Shown here: one piece after another, positions 30,100 through 39,064 of the stretch
Position numbering within the stretch: position 1 is the stretch's first letter
Layout of the letters: each line of letters starts with the position of its first letter
From: Planctomycetota bacterium
GTDB taxonomy: Bacteria > Planctomycetota > SZUA-567 > H5-PLA8
Length of the DNA: 64,000 nt
NCBI GenBank assembly: GCA_038227875.1
Contig: JBBRPR010000005.1
Coordinates: 128,001-192,000, forward strand
Direction of reading: 5' to 3'
Made by a program: the position numbers and the translations under genes
Notes under the pieces: generated by a model
The model's database searches: none
Told to the model about the DNA's origin: nothing
The model's input: only the letters and a program-made list of their open reading frames with translations

Positions 30100-30243
30100 A
30101 ACAGATGGGATCGGGGATGGGGCATTGGGTATCTGCTTTTTGGAAGGCGCGTCAGTGACGCTCACTTGAAGTGAGAAGACGTTCAAAGTCGGCTGCACAC
30201 GAACTGACCCATGCCCAATGCCTGATCCCCGATCCCATCTGTT
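30100..30243. mobile_element. MITE-like element with heptamer-built terminal inverted repeats (family A, copy 1)
   Basis: 30-bp IR with 2 mismatches (30100-30129 / 30214-30243); arms match 49789-49941. Confidence 0.6.
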
Positions 30244-30334
30244 TGGAATGCAACCTAACTGACACAGGTCCCATTTCCTCTCCTCACTCTATTTCACGTT
30301 GCCAAAACCGTCCATATCGGGGAGAGTCCAGTTT

Positions 30335-31237
30335 ATGTCTAATCGGCTCATTCACGCACCGCACGCCTTTCGCCCCACGGAACAGATTTCGGCGCACATT
30401 GATTTTCTGCGCATGCGGTTGCTGGGGTTTGCACAGATGCGGCTGGCGTCGTGGGATGTCCGGCCGATGCTCAGTCCATTCTGGCGGTTGTATTGCAATC
30501 TCGACGATGGCGCAGTGGTGACATCCGACGCGCGGCGCATTCCATTGCGGGCGCGGCGCGTGTACCTGGTTCCGGCGTGGGTGTGGTGGAGCGGACAGTC
30601 GCGGCCGGGTGTGCGGCATATTTTTGCGCATTTTGATCTGCCGGGGATGACCTGTTCGCTCAGCCGCGCGGCGTTTCCGCTGCCGCTGCAGATCTATCCG
30701 CGACCTTCGGAACGGCGTGAACGCGCGGCGATCGATCTTGTCGCGCAATTTGAAGCGCTGGGCGCGGAGTTTCTGAAATCGGGGGTATTCGATCCGCATT
30801 TTATTTCATGGGCAAAGGGATTGATTTACTTTGCGCTGCGTGATGCGTTCGCGCAGGTCGAGCCGGAGATCCGCGCGCGCTGTTTGCAGCCAGGCACGGG
30901 CACGCATCCGCTGGTGCGCGTGTTGAATTTGATCGATACGAATCTGCATCAGGAATTGCAGAACGATGTGCTGGCCGACGCGGTGCCGTGCAGCCGCGCG
31001 CATCTGGTGCGGCTTTTCCGCGCGCTGCTGGGCGTGGCGCCGGCACGGTACATCACCGAACGTCGTATCAGCCGTGCGGCGGAGTTGCTCGTGTATGGCC
31101 ACGACAGCCTGGAGCAGATCGCCGAGGCGTGCGGCTTCCCCAACCGGCATTATTTTACGCGCGTGTTCACGCAGGTGCTGGGGACGTCGCCGGCGCGGTA
31201 TCGGAAAATCCTGTTGAACGCGGGGCGGACGCGATAG
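30335..31237 (+). CDS. AraC family transcriptional regulator
   Basis: SPFWRLY cupin; SLEQIAEACGFPNRHYFTRVF HTH; GGGAG RBS. Confidence 0.93.
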   Translation: MSNRLIHAPHAFRPTEQISAHIDFLRMRLLGFAQMRLASWDVRPMLSPFWRLYCNLDDGAVVTSDARRIPLRARRVYLVPAWVWWSGQSRPGVRHIFAHFDLPGMTCSLSRAAFPLPLQIYPRPSERRERAAIDLVAQFEALGAEFLKSGVFDPHFISWAKGLIYFALRDAFAQVEPEIRARCLQPGTGTHPLVRVLNLIDTNLHQELQNDVLADAVPCSRAHLVRLFRALLGVAPARYITERRISRAAELLVYGHDSLEQIAEACGFPNRHYFTRVFTQVLGTSPARYRKILLNAGRTR

Positions 31238-31246
31238 TTGGGAAAT

Positions 31247-31780
31247 TCAGTCTGCGGATTTTGCGCGGTGCGTGAGGAGTCGCTGGCAGAACATCGCTGC
31301 CAAGAAGGGCAGCATGAGTGAAAGAGAAATATTGGTGGCGAAGTGGTGCCAATAGCCATTCGAACCCGGAACTGGCTGTTCAGGCCAGCCACTGTAGCGC
31401 CAATCGCTGAAATCGAACGTGTTGCGATAAACATAGTATGCCGCGTAGGTCGAGAAGAGGAGCAAACTGAAAGGATGTACGCGTCGAATCGCAAATCCGA
31501 GCCCACGATATTTGGCACATTGATCACAAATAAATTTCACCAACCAAAGTAGCATGGTCCACGCGATAACGTCAAAAATGAGTGTTTGAGACCAGAAACG
31601 CCAAACTGGCTCTTTCATTCCGGACGCCAGGTAAAACGGCTCAGGCCAGCCGTATGCATCTCCTTCCTGTGATAAAAACAATTCGAATCGTTTTGAACAG
31701 TTCAGGCCCAGTATCGCGCCGACTACCATCATCAGCACAATGGCCGTCGAGAGCCGCAACTGAAAGCGCGGCGCGCTCAC
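31247..31780 (-). CDS. Membrane protein with two tandem 'GWP' modules
   Basis: GTG overlaps the upstream TGA (GTGA); RFQLRLST...YGWP...; second ...SGWP... module; four hydrophobic segments. Confidence 0.7.
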   Translation of the reverse strand: MSAPRFQLRLSTAIVLMMVVGAILGLNCSKRFELFLSQEGDAYGWPEPFYLASGMKEPVWRFWSQTLIFDVIAWTMLLWLVKFICDQCAKYRGLGFAIRRVHPFSLLLFSTYAAYYVYRNTFDFSDWRYSGWPEQPVPGSNGYWHHFATNISLSLMLPFLAAMFCQRLLTHRAKSAD

Positions 31781-32787
31781 GGCCGCACCGCGGCCCAGTC
31801 GCTGCTCTTCAATGCCACCGGCTGCAAGCCCGCGATGCGCTCGAAACTTTCGTGCGCGATTTTTTCCAGCGTCGGCTTGGGCAGGCGGAGCTGATGAATG
31901 AAACGGATGTGCGCGGCCAGTGATTCCCACAAGTACCAGATGCCCGCGTTGCCGCCGAGCACGCAGTCGGTGCCGAACATCAGGCGGTCGGCATACGTGA
32001 TGGCGTAGTCGCGCCAGCGGCGGCGGTCTTCTTCGTACATTTCATCGCCGATGCGGACGATGTTGCCACAGGACAGATCGGTAAAAAGATTGGCGTGCTT
32101 GTCGAAGAGCTTCGCGAAACTTTCCGGGCCGATGTGGCAATGGTGTGCGGCGATGAAGCTCGTTTTCCGGTGGCGCGTCACGCAGTCGAGGAAGACGCCG
32201 AGCAGTTCGGGATTGCCGTACTTCACGCCTTTGGGCCAGCCGTCCTTCCAATAGCTGTTGCGGCCGCCGCCCATATAAGGGGCGTCGGTGAGGCGCTGGG
32301 TGACGTGCCAGAGCACCGGCTTGCCGTGTTCGGCGCAGAAATCGAAGACATCGTCCCATTCGGATGTCTGCCAGCATTCCGGGTGCGCGCCTTCGGTAAT
32401 GACGCTGTAATTGTGGAGCTTCAGGCCGGTGAAGCCGTGGAGCTTCGCGGCCTTCTTCAAGAATTTCAGATCGGGCTTGTTGTGGTGCGGCCAGACCAGC
32501 CAGAGAAAACGGTCATCGCGCGCGCTGACCTTGTCGAACGCCGCGACGCTTGCCGGCTTGCCGTCCAGCGCCACGTGGCGACGCAAGCGCATCGCACCGG
32601 CTCGGGCGTAGAATTCATCGACGGCGCGCTGGACGCCGGGGGCGGTCGTGTTGGCCATGTGGGTGTGACAATCGAGAATGTAACTTTCCGCGGGGAGATG
32701 ATGCAGACCCCAGCCGGCGGAGAAGCCATTGTCACTGGTTTCGCGTTCGAGCACGTCAGGCGCATGGGGGAAGAGGCGCTCGGACAT
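31777..32787 (-). CDS. Amidohydrolase_2 family protein
   Basis: ILDCHTH, GLKLH, PVLWH, IAAH, LMFGTD; start could be 32808. Confidence 0.88.
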   Translation of the reverse strand: MSERLFPHAPDVLERETSDNGFSAGWGLHHLPAESYILDCHTHMANTTAPGVQRAVDEFYARAGAMRLRRHVALDGKPASVAAFDKVSARDDRFLWLVWPHHNKPDLKFLKKAAKLHGFTGLKLHNYSVITEGAHPECWQTSEWDDVFDFCAEHGKPVLWHVTQRLTDAPYMGGGRNSYWKDGWPKGVKYGNPELLGVFLDCVTRHRKTSFIAAHHCHIGPESFAKLFDKHANLFTDLSCGNIVRIGDEMYEEDRRRWRDYAITYADRLMFGTDCVLGGNAGIWYLWESLAAHIRFIHQLRLPKPTLEKIAHESFERIAGLQPVALKSSDWAAVRP

Positions 32788-32823
32788 TTTCGATTTTCCA
32801 TTTTTCATTTTCGATTTTCCATT
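32787..32823. repeat. Period-7 tandem repeat (TTTTCSA)x5
   Basis: ttttcga ttttcca tttttca ttttcga ttttcca. Confidence 0.8.
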
Positions 32824-32953
32824 GAACGGTCACGTAGACGCGGAGTATCTAACAAGTCGGACATGATTTCTTGATTCTGCCGGGTGGGCGACGATTTGCA
32901 ACGGTGGTGTCGACAATAACGAACACGGTGATCTTTTTCTGATGAGGAAAATC

Positions 32954-33604
32954 ATGATGGAGTCGGCGGAGTTTGGGGTATCGGGGACGCTCTCGATTGT
33001 CGCGGTGGATCCCAGGACGGGCATCTGCGGCGCGGCGGTGGCGAGCAAGTATCCGGCGGTCGGCAGAGTGGTGCCGCATGCCCGCGCGGGCGTCGGCGCG
33101 TTCTGCACGCAGCACTGGCATCATCCGAAATTCGGCAAACGCGCGCTCGATCTGCTCGAGAAGGGAAAGAGCTGCGAGGCGGTGCTCGCAGCGCTGTTGA
33201 AAGGCGACAAACACGCGGACAAGCGGCAGCTGGCGATCGTCGACGTCTTCGGCCGCGCGATCAACCGCAATCCACCGCGTCCCGACACGGGCGGCGAGTA
33301 CTGGGGCGGCGCGAGCGGCAAATACTACGCGTGCCAGGGAAACACGCTAACCGGCAACGCGGTGATCTTCGCGATGGCCAACACCTACGAAACCACGCGC
33401 GGCAGTCTGGCGACGCGCTTGATGGCCGCGCTGCTGGCCGGCGACCGCGCCGGCGGCGATCACCGCGGGCGGCTGGCTGCGGGCATCGTTGTGGCGAAGC
33501 CGAAGGTGAAGGGGTATTGGTTGGAGTTGTATGTGGATGAGAGTGATGATGCGGTACGGGAGTTAGCGCAATTGTTTCGAAAGTCGAAACATGCCGCGAA
33601 GTAA
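32954..33604 (+). CDS. DUF1028 family (Ntn-hydrolase-like) protein
   Basis: TLSIVAVDP..G..GAAVAS...AVG, RQLAIVD, CQGNTL, AGGDHRG. Confidence 0.88.
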   Translation: MMESAEFGVSGTLSIVAVDPRTGICGAAVASKYPAVGRVVPHARAGVGAFCTQHWHHPKFGKRALDLLEKGKSCEAVLAALLKGDKHADKRQLAIVDVFGRAINRNPPRPDTGGEYWGGASGKYYACQGNTLTGNAVIFAMANTYETTRGSLATRLMAALLAGDRAGGDHRGRLAAGIVVAKPKVKGYWLELYVDESDDAVRELAQLFRKSKHAAK

Positions 33605-33622
33605 GAGCTAAGCGCCGCGCCC

Positions 33623-34390
33623 TCACTTCTTCTGAGCGAAGAGCCACTCCCAGAATTTCGGGTCGGCGTATGCGGGAACCCAGGAGGCGTGGCCGACGCC
33701 GGGGAATTCGGTGTACTTGGGATCGCCGCCGGCCTTCTTCAGCGCGGCGACCATGTCGCGGGAGCAACTGACTTTGACGGTGGGATCGTCGGCGCCGTGG
33801 AAGACCCAGATCGGGAGTTTGGCGATCAGTGGCGCTTTGGTCACGTCGGCGCCACCACAGACGGGCGCGGCGGCGGCGAACTTCTCCGGGTAGCGGCAGG
33901 CGAGATCCCACGTGCCGAAGCCGCCCATCGATAAGCCGGTGACGTAGAGACGCTTCTCGTCGATGGAGAATTCCTTCTGCAGTGCGGACACGAGTTCCAC
34001 CGTCTGCGCCATCGGTTCGGTGGGCTTCTCTTTCATCGTGTGCGTGGCAGCCTGCCAGTTGGCATCGGACCACTTTTTGTCTTTCGGGCACTGCGGCGCG
34101 ATGGCGAAGGTCGCGAACTTGGCGCGCGTCTCGGCCTTATCCAGTTCGCCGATGCCCCATTTTGTCTGCGTGGAATTGTCGTCGCCACGTTCGCCGGCTC
34201 CGTGGAAGAAGATGACCAGCGGATATTTTTCCTTCGGATCGTACTTGGCGGGTTTGAGCAGGCGGTATTTGAGGACGTGGCCTTCGGCGTCCTTGAATTC
34301 GCGCGCTTCGAAATCGGACTCGGCAGCGGCCGTTGAGGCGAGGACCAGCACCAACAGCGAGAGCGTGGAGACGAACAGTCGGCGTGTCAT
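33623..34390 (-). CDS. Secreted alpha/beta-hydrolase (predicted esterase/peptidase)
   Basis: Signal peptide; FFHGAGERG, GLSMGG nucleophile, HGADD, GH; GAGG RBS. Confidence 0.9.
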   Translation of the reverse strand: MTRRLFVSTLSLLVLVLASTAAAESDFEAREFKDAEGHVLKYRLLKPAKYDPKEKYPLVIFFHGAGERGDDNSTQTKWGIGELDKAETRAKFATFAIAPQCPKDKKWSDANWQAATHTMKEKPTEPMAQTVELVSALQKEFSIDEKRLYVTGLSMGGFGTWDLACRYPEKFAAAAPVCGGADVTKAPLIAKLPIWVFHGADDPTVKVSCSRDMVAALKKAGGDPKYTEFPGVGHASWVPAYADPKFWEWLFAQKK

Positions 34391-34524
34391 GAGCACCTCG
34401 ATTTTGAATAGAGATTCTGCGTTCACGTTAGCCGTTCTGTGCAGATGTTCCAATACCCGAACTTGTGATTCGTTCGCGCTTTCCATACCGTTGGCGCATT
34501 CACCTTTAATAGGAGCTCAACGTC

Positions 34525-34893
34525 ATGGCTCACGCCGCAGATATGAACAGCGCCCGCCTCACCAAGATCGACATCGCCACCGCGAACATGGAGGCGATGG
34601 TCAAGTTCTACACCGAGGTCTTCGGCCTGACGTTCGCCGAAGCAGTGTTCGATCAGCACAAGCATTATCACTGCAAATTGGGCGAACTTGAATTCGGTCT
34701 GGCTCCCAACGAACCGGCACAGGTTTCGGCCAAGGCCGAAGGCGTTCACCAGTTTCACCTGCGCCTCGCCAACCTGGATGCCTTGATTGCTCGTGCAAAG
34801 AAATGGGGTATCGACGCGACGGCCAATCACGGGGAAGTGTTTCTGTGCGATCCCGACGGCCATCCATGGATGATTTCCAGTGATTCCCGGTGA
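34525..34893 (+). CDS. VOC/glyoxalase family protein
   Basis: MEAMVKFYTEVFGL...CDPDGH; AGGAG RBS. Confidence 0.85.
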   Translation: MAHAADMNSARLTKIDIATANMEAMVKFYTEVFGLTFAEAVFDQHKHYHCKLGELEFGLAPNEPAQVSAKAEGVHQFHLRLANLDALIARAKKWGIDATANHGEVFLCDPDGHPWMISSDSR

Positions 34894-35033
34894 GCGATGT
34901 CCTGAAATCGGTAGTCGCCCGGCGGAGCAGTGCTGAGAACACGAACGAAATCACTAAAAAATTACAATCGGCCCCTGAGTTGCACTACAGCATCTGGCTG
35001 TAGTGCCGGTCACTTTCTCAGGGAGCATCTTCC

Positions 35034-35990
35034 ATGAAATTCCTATCGTGTGTGCTGTCGTTGTTTTTCGTTTGTGCGGTTCTCCGCGCCGAAACCACGC
35101 CGCTCCGCCAGCCGCTGCCCACACCTCAAAATACGCCGACCGACGCGCGGCAGTTGATCCTGGACTACGACGGGATTCTGACGCAGGACGGTTTCATCGC
35201 GCAAGATCGCAACGACATGTCCACGGCGCTGACCAGCAATGGAAATCTGCACGACATTGTCATCCAGTTTTTCAAAGATCGCGATCAGGCGGCGAATTTC
35301 AGCGCAAACTTATTCACTGATCGCGTGCGCCTTCGCCGCGACATCGGATACATCCCGACACCGCTGTTCCGTTCGCCGCGAGCTCAAGGCTTGAGCATCG
35401 ACGCGAGCAATTACATCAAAGCGTTTGATGCGCGAAGCGCGGCGGACGCGGCAGTGACCCGTGACATCAACGGCATGCGCAACGCCTTGGCCGTCAACGA
35501 CACGGCGGCGATCACGTCCAATGCGAACGCGTTTTTCGTCGACCGCCACAACCGCGCCCAGGCCCGCGCTGATGAAGCCGGTGCCATCGCCGCGATGAAG
35601 CGGGATCTTCGCTTCCACCTCAAGACGTCCGTTCACAATCCCGGGCGCGCGAGTCTCTCCGATCACGTCAAGCGTTACCTCGACGATCGCGCGCGCTGGT
35701 TAAACGATGGCCAGTTGGTCGCCACCGACCGCAACAACCTGCGCGCGTCGCTGGCCAGTCTGGAATCGGTGGTGCTCGTGTTTTTGACCGACCATCATCA
35801 TGTCTTCGAAGACAGCAGGCAGCTGGGCCTCGACCGCGACGTCCTGCGGCTGGACGTGCGCTACAAACTTCCGCGCCGCGCCAAGAACTTCTTCGGCTCG
35901 CTCGTCGGCCAGGGCAGTTCGAAGGAAGACGCGATTGAAACGGAAGACATCGACCAGGACGTGTCTTCGGACAACATCGGCGAGAAGTAA
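35034..35990 (+). CDS. Secreted hypothetical protein with three internal helical repeats
   Basis: Signal peptide; repeats D..(M/L)...L...F..D...(R/K/L)D(I/L/V).(Y/F); acidic tail; GGGAG RBS. Confidence 0.75.
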   Translation: MKFLSCVLSLFFVCAVLRAETTPLRQPLPTPQNTPTDARQLILDYDGILTQDGFIAQDRNDMSTALTSNGNLHDIVIQFFKDRDQAANFSANLFTDRVRLRRDIGYIPTPLFRSPRAQGLSIDASNYIKAFDARSAADAAVTRDINGMRNALAVNDTAAITSNANAFFVDRHNRAQARADEAGAIAAMKRDLRFHLKTSVHNPGRASLSDHVKRYLDDRARWLNDGQLVATDRNNLRASLASLESVVLVFLTDHHHVFEDSRQLGLDRDVLRLDVRYKLPRRAKNFFGSLVGQGSSKEDAIETEDIDQDVSSDNIGEK

Positions 35991-36020
35991 TGGGAATGTC
36001 GAATGTAGAATGACGAAATG

Positions 36021-36057
36021 ACGAAATCAGCAGGAGCGATCCTGCTGATTTCGTTTT
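36021..36057 (+). terminator. Rho-independent terminator preceded by a heptamer repeat
   Basis: 15-bp perfect stem ACGAAATCAGCAGGA-GCGA-TCCTGCTGATTTCGT then TTT; GAATGTC GAATGTA GAATGAC just upstream. Confidence 0.8.
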
Positions 36058-36058
36058 A

Positions 36059-36535
36059 CTAGAGCAGCACGATCACCAACGCGACGGCGACCAGGATCGT
36101 TTGAAGCAGCGACAAGCCCATGCTCGCGCCGTGCAGCGCGCCGAAGGCTTTGCGTTCGGGGCTGTCGACGTTGGCGGGGGTGAATTGGCCGATCTGTGCG
36201 CGCAGGGCTTCGATCTTGGGGCCGATGTAGGTCATCAGCACCACCATGATCAGCACGGCGGCAACGAGCGACGCGGCAGGGACGATGCGGCGCCAGCCGG
36301 CGGAGTCGGCGTTGAAAAAGAGCGTGCCTTCAGAGAGCAGCGCCACGACGGCCAATGCCATCGTGAAAAACGCAGCGGCGTGGAGAATCGATCCGACGAC
36401 TTCGCCGGCCTTGGTGCGGTCGGGCGCGAGTTTTTCGAAGACAATCGGCGCGGCGATGAAGACCATGATCGAGGCGCCCAGCCAGACGCCCAGCGACAGC
36501 GCGCGAGCGGCGCGCGCGAGATTCAACCAATTCAT
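36059..36535 (-). CDS. DUF4149 family membrane protein
   Basis: WLG...AAPIVF...AG...; FGALHGAS; four TM helices; AAGGAG RBS. Confidence 0.8.
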   Translation of the reverse strand: MNWLNLARAARALSLGVWLGASIMVFIAAPIVFEKLAPDRTKAGEVVGSILHAAAFFTMALAVVALLSEGTLFFNADSAGWRRIVPAASLVAAVLIMVVLMTYIGPKIEALRAQIGQFTPANVDSPERKAFGALHGASMGLSLLQTILVAVALVIVLL

Positions 36536-36598
36536 GCGTGACGTCTCCTTGAAATACGGTCCGACGCGGCAATACTACTCGTGTCGAGGAACCGAGCC

Positions 36599-36895
36599 AT
36601 GTCTGAATCCGTGCCCCTGCCCATTCCCACTCCGCCACCGCCCATCGGGGCCGCGCCCGATAACGAAGATTACTCACACCCGTGGATCATCAGCGCGATT
36701 GTTTCGGCAATCTGCTTCGCGATCGGATTTACGTTGCTCTACACCACGGGCCTCTGGGCGAATTTCTGGCAGTGGGCGGACGCCGCGTTCCTGATCTATG
36801 CCGCGATTTTGACTCCGGTGCTGCTGGGCTTTTACAGCTACGGCATTTACCTGCTGATCTCGAAAATCTTCGGACTGCGCCGCGCTAAAAAATAA
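36599..36895 (+). CDS. Small membrane protein
   Basis: GAGG RBS; Pro-rich N-terminus; two TM helices. Confidence 0.65.
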   Translation: MSESVPLPIPTPPPPIGAAPDNEDYSHPWIISAIVSAICFAIGFTLLYTTGLWANFWQWADAAFLIYAAILTPVLLGFYSYGIYLLISKIFGLRRAKK

Positions 36896-36989
36896 TCCGC
36901 GATCTTTTTGCATTGCGTCGTGACCCAATCACGTCTTAAAAGGTGGGGACGTTACAGCATCACTCCCACTTCATAAAGAGGCGCGCCCT

Positions 36990-38852
36990 GTGGACACGGT
37001 CCAGACCGAACCTGACACCGATGCGCACTTACTACAACACTTCGTCGCTTCGCAGAGCGAAGACGCCTTCCACGCCATCGTCGCCCGCCACGCTAATAAG
37101 GTGTATTCGTGCTGCCTGCGCGTTTTGAACGACGTGCACGCCGCGGAAGACGCGACGCAGGCGGTCTTCCTCCTTTTGGCGCGCAAGGCGGCCAAGCTGC
37201 CGCCGGATACGGTGCTGGCGGGGTGGCTTTACCGCACGGCCAGTTGGACGGCGCTGGAAACGCGCCGCACACTGGCGATTCGCGGCCGGCATGAACATGC
37301 CGCCGCGGCGCAGACCGCGCGCAATCCGAAGTCCGGGCCGGACGACTCGGCCACTGAGAATCTCCGCGTACAACTCAGCGAACTGCTGGCGACCTTGCCG
37401 CCCGTGCAGCGCGACGCGATTGTGCTCCATTTTCTCGACGGGCGCACGGAGGTGGAGATTGCCGCGGAGCTGGGATGTCCAGCGAGCACCGTGGCCACGC
37501 GCATCGCGCGGGGTCTGGCGAAGCTGCGCGATGGTTTGCAGCGTCGCGGCTACACTCTGGCGGCGCCGTTCATTCCGTCGCTGCTGAGCCAACTGGCGAA
37601 AACGGCGGCGCCCGAAAGTCTGCTTAGCGCCATCCGGCTGACCGGGCCCGGGCACACCTCAGCGTCGTTGCGCGCGGTGGAATTCGCTGCGCACTCCACG
37701 CGGGCAGCTTCGCGCGTGACGCTGAAGACGGCTGTCACCGTGACGCTCGGTGCGATCGCATTTTTAGGAACGGCTGGCTACGTCGCGCATCGCGTTGCCA
37801 CGCCAGCGCCGCCATCCGCGTTGACCAGCGCGGCGTACAGCCCGGAGATCCGCGATCCGAAAATTCTGTGGGATGTCACGCTGGAGGGCAACACGCCCTC
37901 GCACCTGATCGCCAACGATCTCGTGCTTCTCTACATTCAAGGACAGGGCCAAGACACTGCGAAACAGTGGATCGAAGCGCGGCAGATCAGCGACGGCGCG
38001 AAAGTCTGGACGTCGTCGGCCGGCGGGACGCTCTGCGCAGTAACCAGCGACATCGTGATCTGCTCGTCCGGAGCGGATATTTTCGCGCTGAAGCTGTCCA
38101 CGGGCATCGAACGCTGGCGCTGGCACGGCAACGATACGCGCCGGCGCTCGCCAGTCGTCTACGACAACGGCGAAGTTTTCACCGTCGCGGCCAAATCCGA
38201 CGACCGCGAATGCAGCATCTGCTGTCTGGAAGCGACGACCGGCCGCACACTCTGGGAAGCGCCGGCGGCGGTGGGTCCGGTCAGCTCCGCACCGAGCGTC
38301 GATGGCGATCACGTCTATGTGGCCGGCGACAATGGTGTCGCGTGCGTCTCGCGCGCAGAGCAGCGCGTGCTCTGGTCGCAGACGGTCGCGGCGAAGATCG
38401 CGCCGTCGGCTTGCGGTGGCCGGGTGATCGTGCCGGGCCGCGAGATCACGTGCCTGAGCGCGGCCAATGGTGCATGGGCGTGGACGGTGCCCGGCCATCT
38501 CGACAACTCTTCACTGACGGCGACTCCGGATGCGCTCTACACCGGCCTGCAGCACAATGCTTCCGCTGAAGCACCGGCCGCGAACGTGTACGCCGCAATT
38601 CAGCCGCTCAGCGGAAAGATCCTGTGGGAGCGGACGTTCGCGGGCGAAGTTCACGCGGGCGCGGCGGTCACCAATCAGAGCGTCTACGTCACGTGCTGGG
38701 ACGACGCGCTGTACGCGCTCAACCGCTCCACCGGCGAGCAGCTCTGGCGCCTGCCCCTGACGCTCAACCGCTGGTCCCCCACCCCGCTAATGGCCGCCGA
38801 CCGGATGCTGGTCTGTTTTCAGAACAAAATCTACTGCATCGGCAATAAATAA
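36990..38852 (+). CDS. ECF sigma-70 factor fused to a TM helix and PQQ-like beta-propeller
   Basis: Region 2 AEDATQAVFLLLARKA...LAGWLY; region 4 EIAAELG...TVATRIARGLAKLR; TM; repeated TG...W blades. Confidence 0.9.
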   Translation: MDTVQTEPDTDAHLLQHFVASQSEDAFHAIVARHANKVYSCCLRVLNDVHAAEDATQAVFLLLARKAAKLPPDTVLAGWLYRTASWTALETRRTLAIRGRHEHAAAAQTARNPKSGPDDSATENLRVQLSELLATLPPVQRDAIVLHFLDGRTEVEIAAELGCPASTVATRIARGLAKLRDGLQRRGYTLAAPFIPSLLSQLAKTAAPESLLSAIRLTGPGHTSASLRAVEFAAHSTRAASRVTLKTAVTVTLGAIAFLGTAGYVAHRVATPAPPSALTSAAYSPEIRDPKILWDVTLEGNTPSHLIANDLVLLYIQGQGQDTAKQWIEARQISDGAKVWTSSAGGTLCAVTSDIVICSSGADIFALKLSTGIERWRWHGNDTRRRSPVVYDNGEVFTVAAKSDDRECSICCLEATTGRTLWEAPAAVGPVSSAPSVDGDHVYVAGDNGVACVSRAEQRVLWSQTVAAKIAPSACGGRVIVPGREITCLSAANGAWAWTVPGHLDNSSLTATPDALYTGLQHNASAEAPAANVYAAIQPLSGKILWERTFAGEVHAGAAVTNQSVYVTCWDDALYALNRSTGEQLWRLPLTLNRWSPTPLMAADRMLVCFQNKIYCIGNK

Positions 38853-38893
38853 CCCGCTGTCCATTCCGCTGGAATACCCGCTGGAATACCCGC
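38853..38893. repeat. 12-bp tandem repeat, about 3.5 copies
   Basis: cccgctgtccat tccgctggaata cccgctggaata cccgc. Confidence 0.65.
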
Positions 38894-39064
38894 ACAATGC
38901 AAGTTGTACTCGAATGACAAAAGCTTAAAAATAATTGTGGAGTGACCGCGCGACAGGAGTCTTGTTCATAGAAACTCGTAACACTCGGCGAACTTAAAAC
39001 GTCATCTATCCACAGCGTCGTTTAAGTAGCGTGCGGCACGGCAAGGAAGGACGGCACTCCCAGG

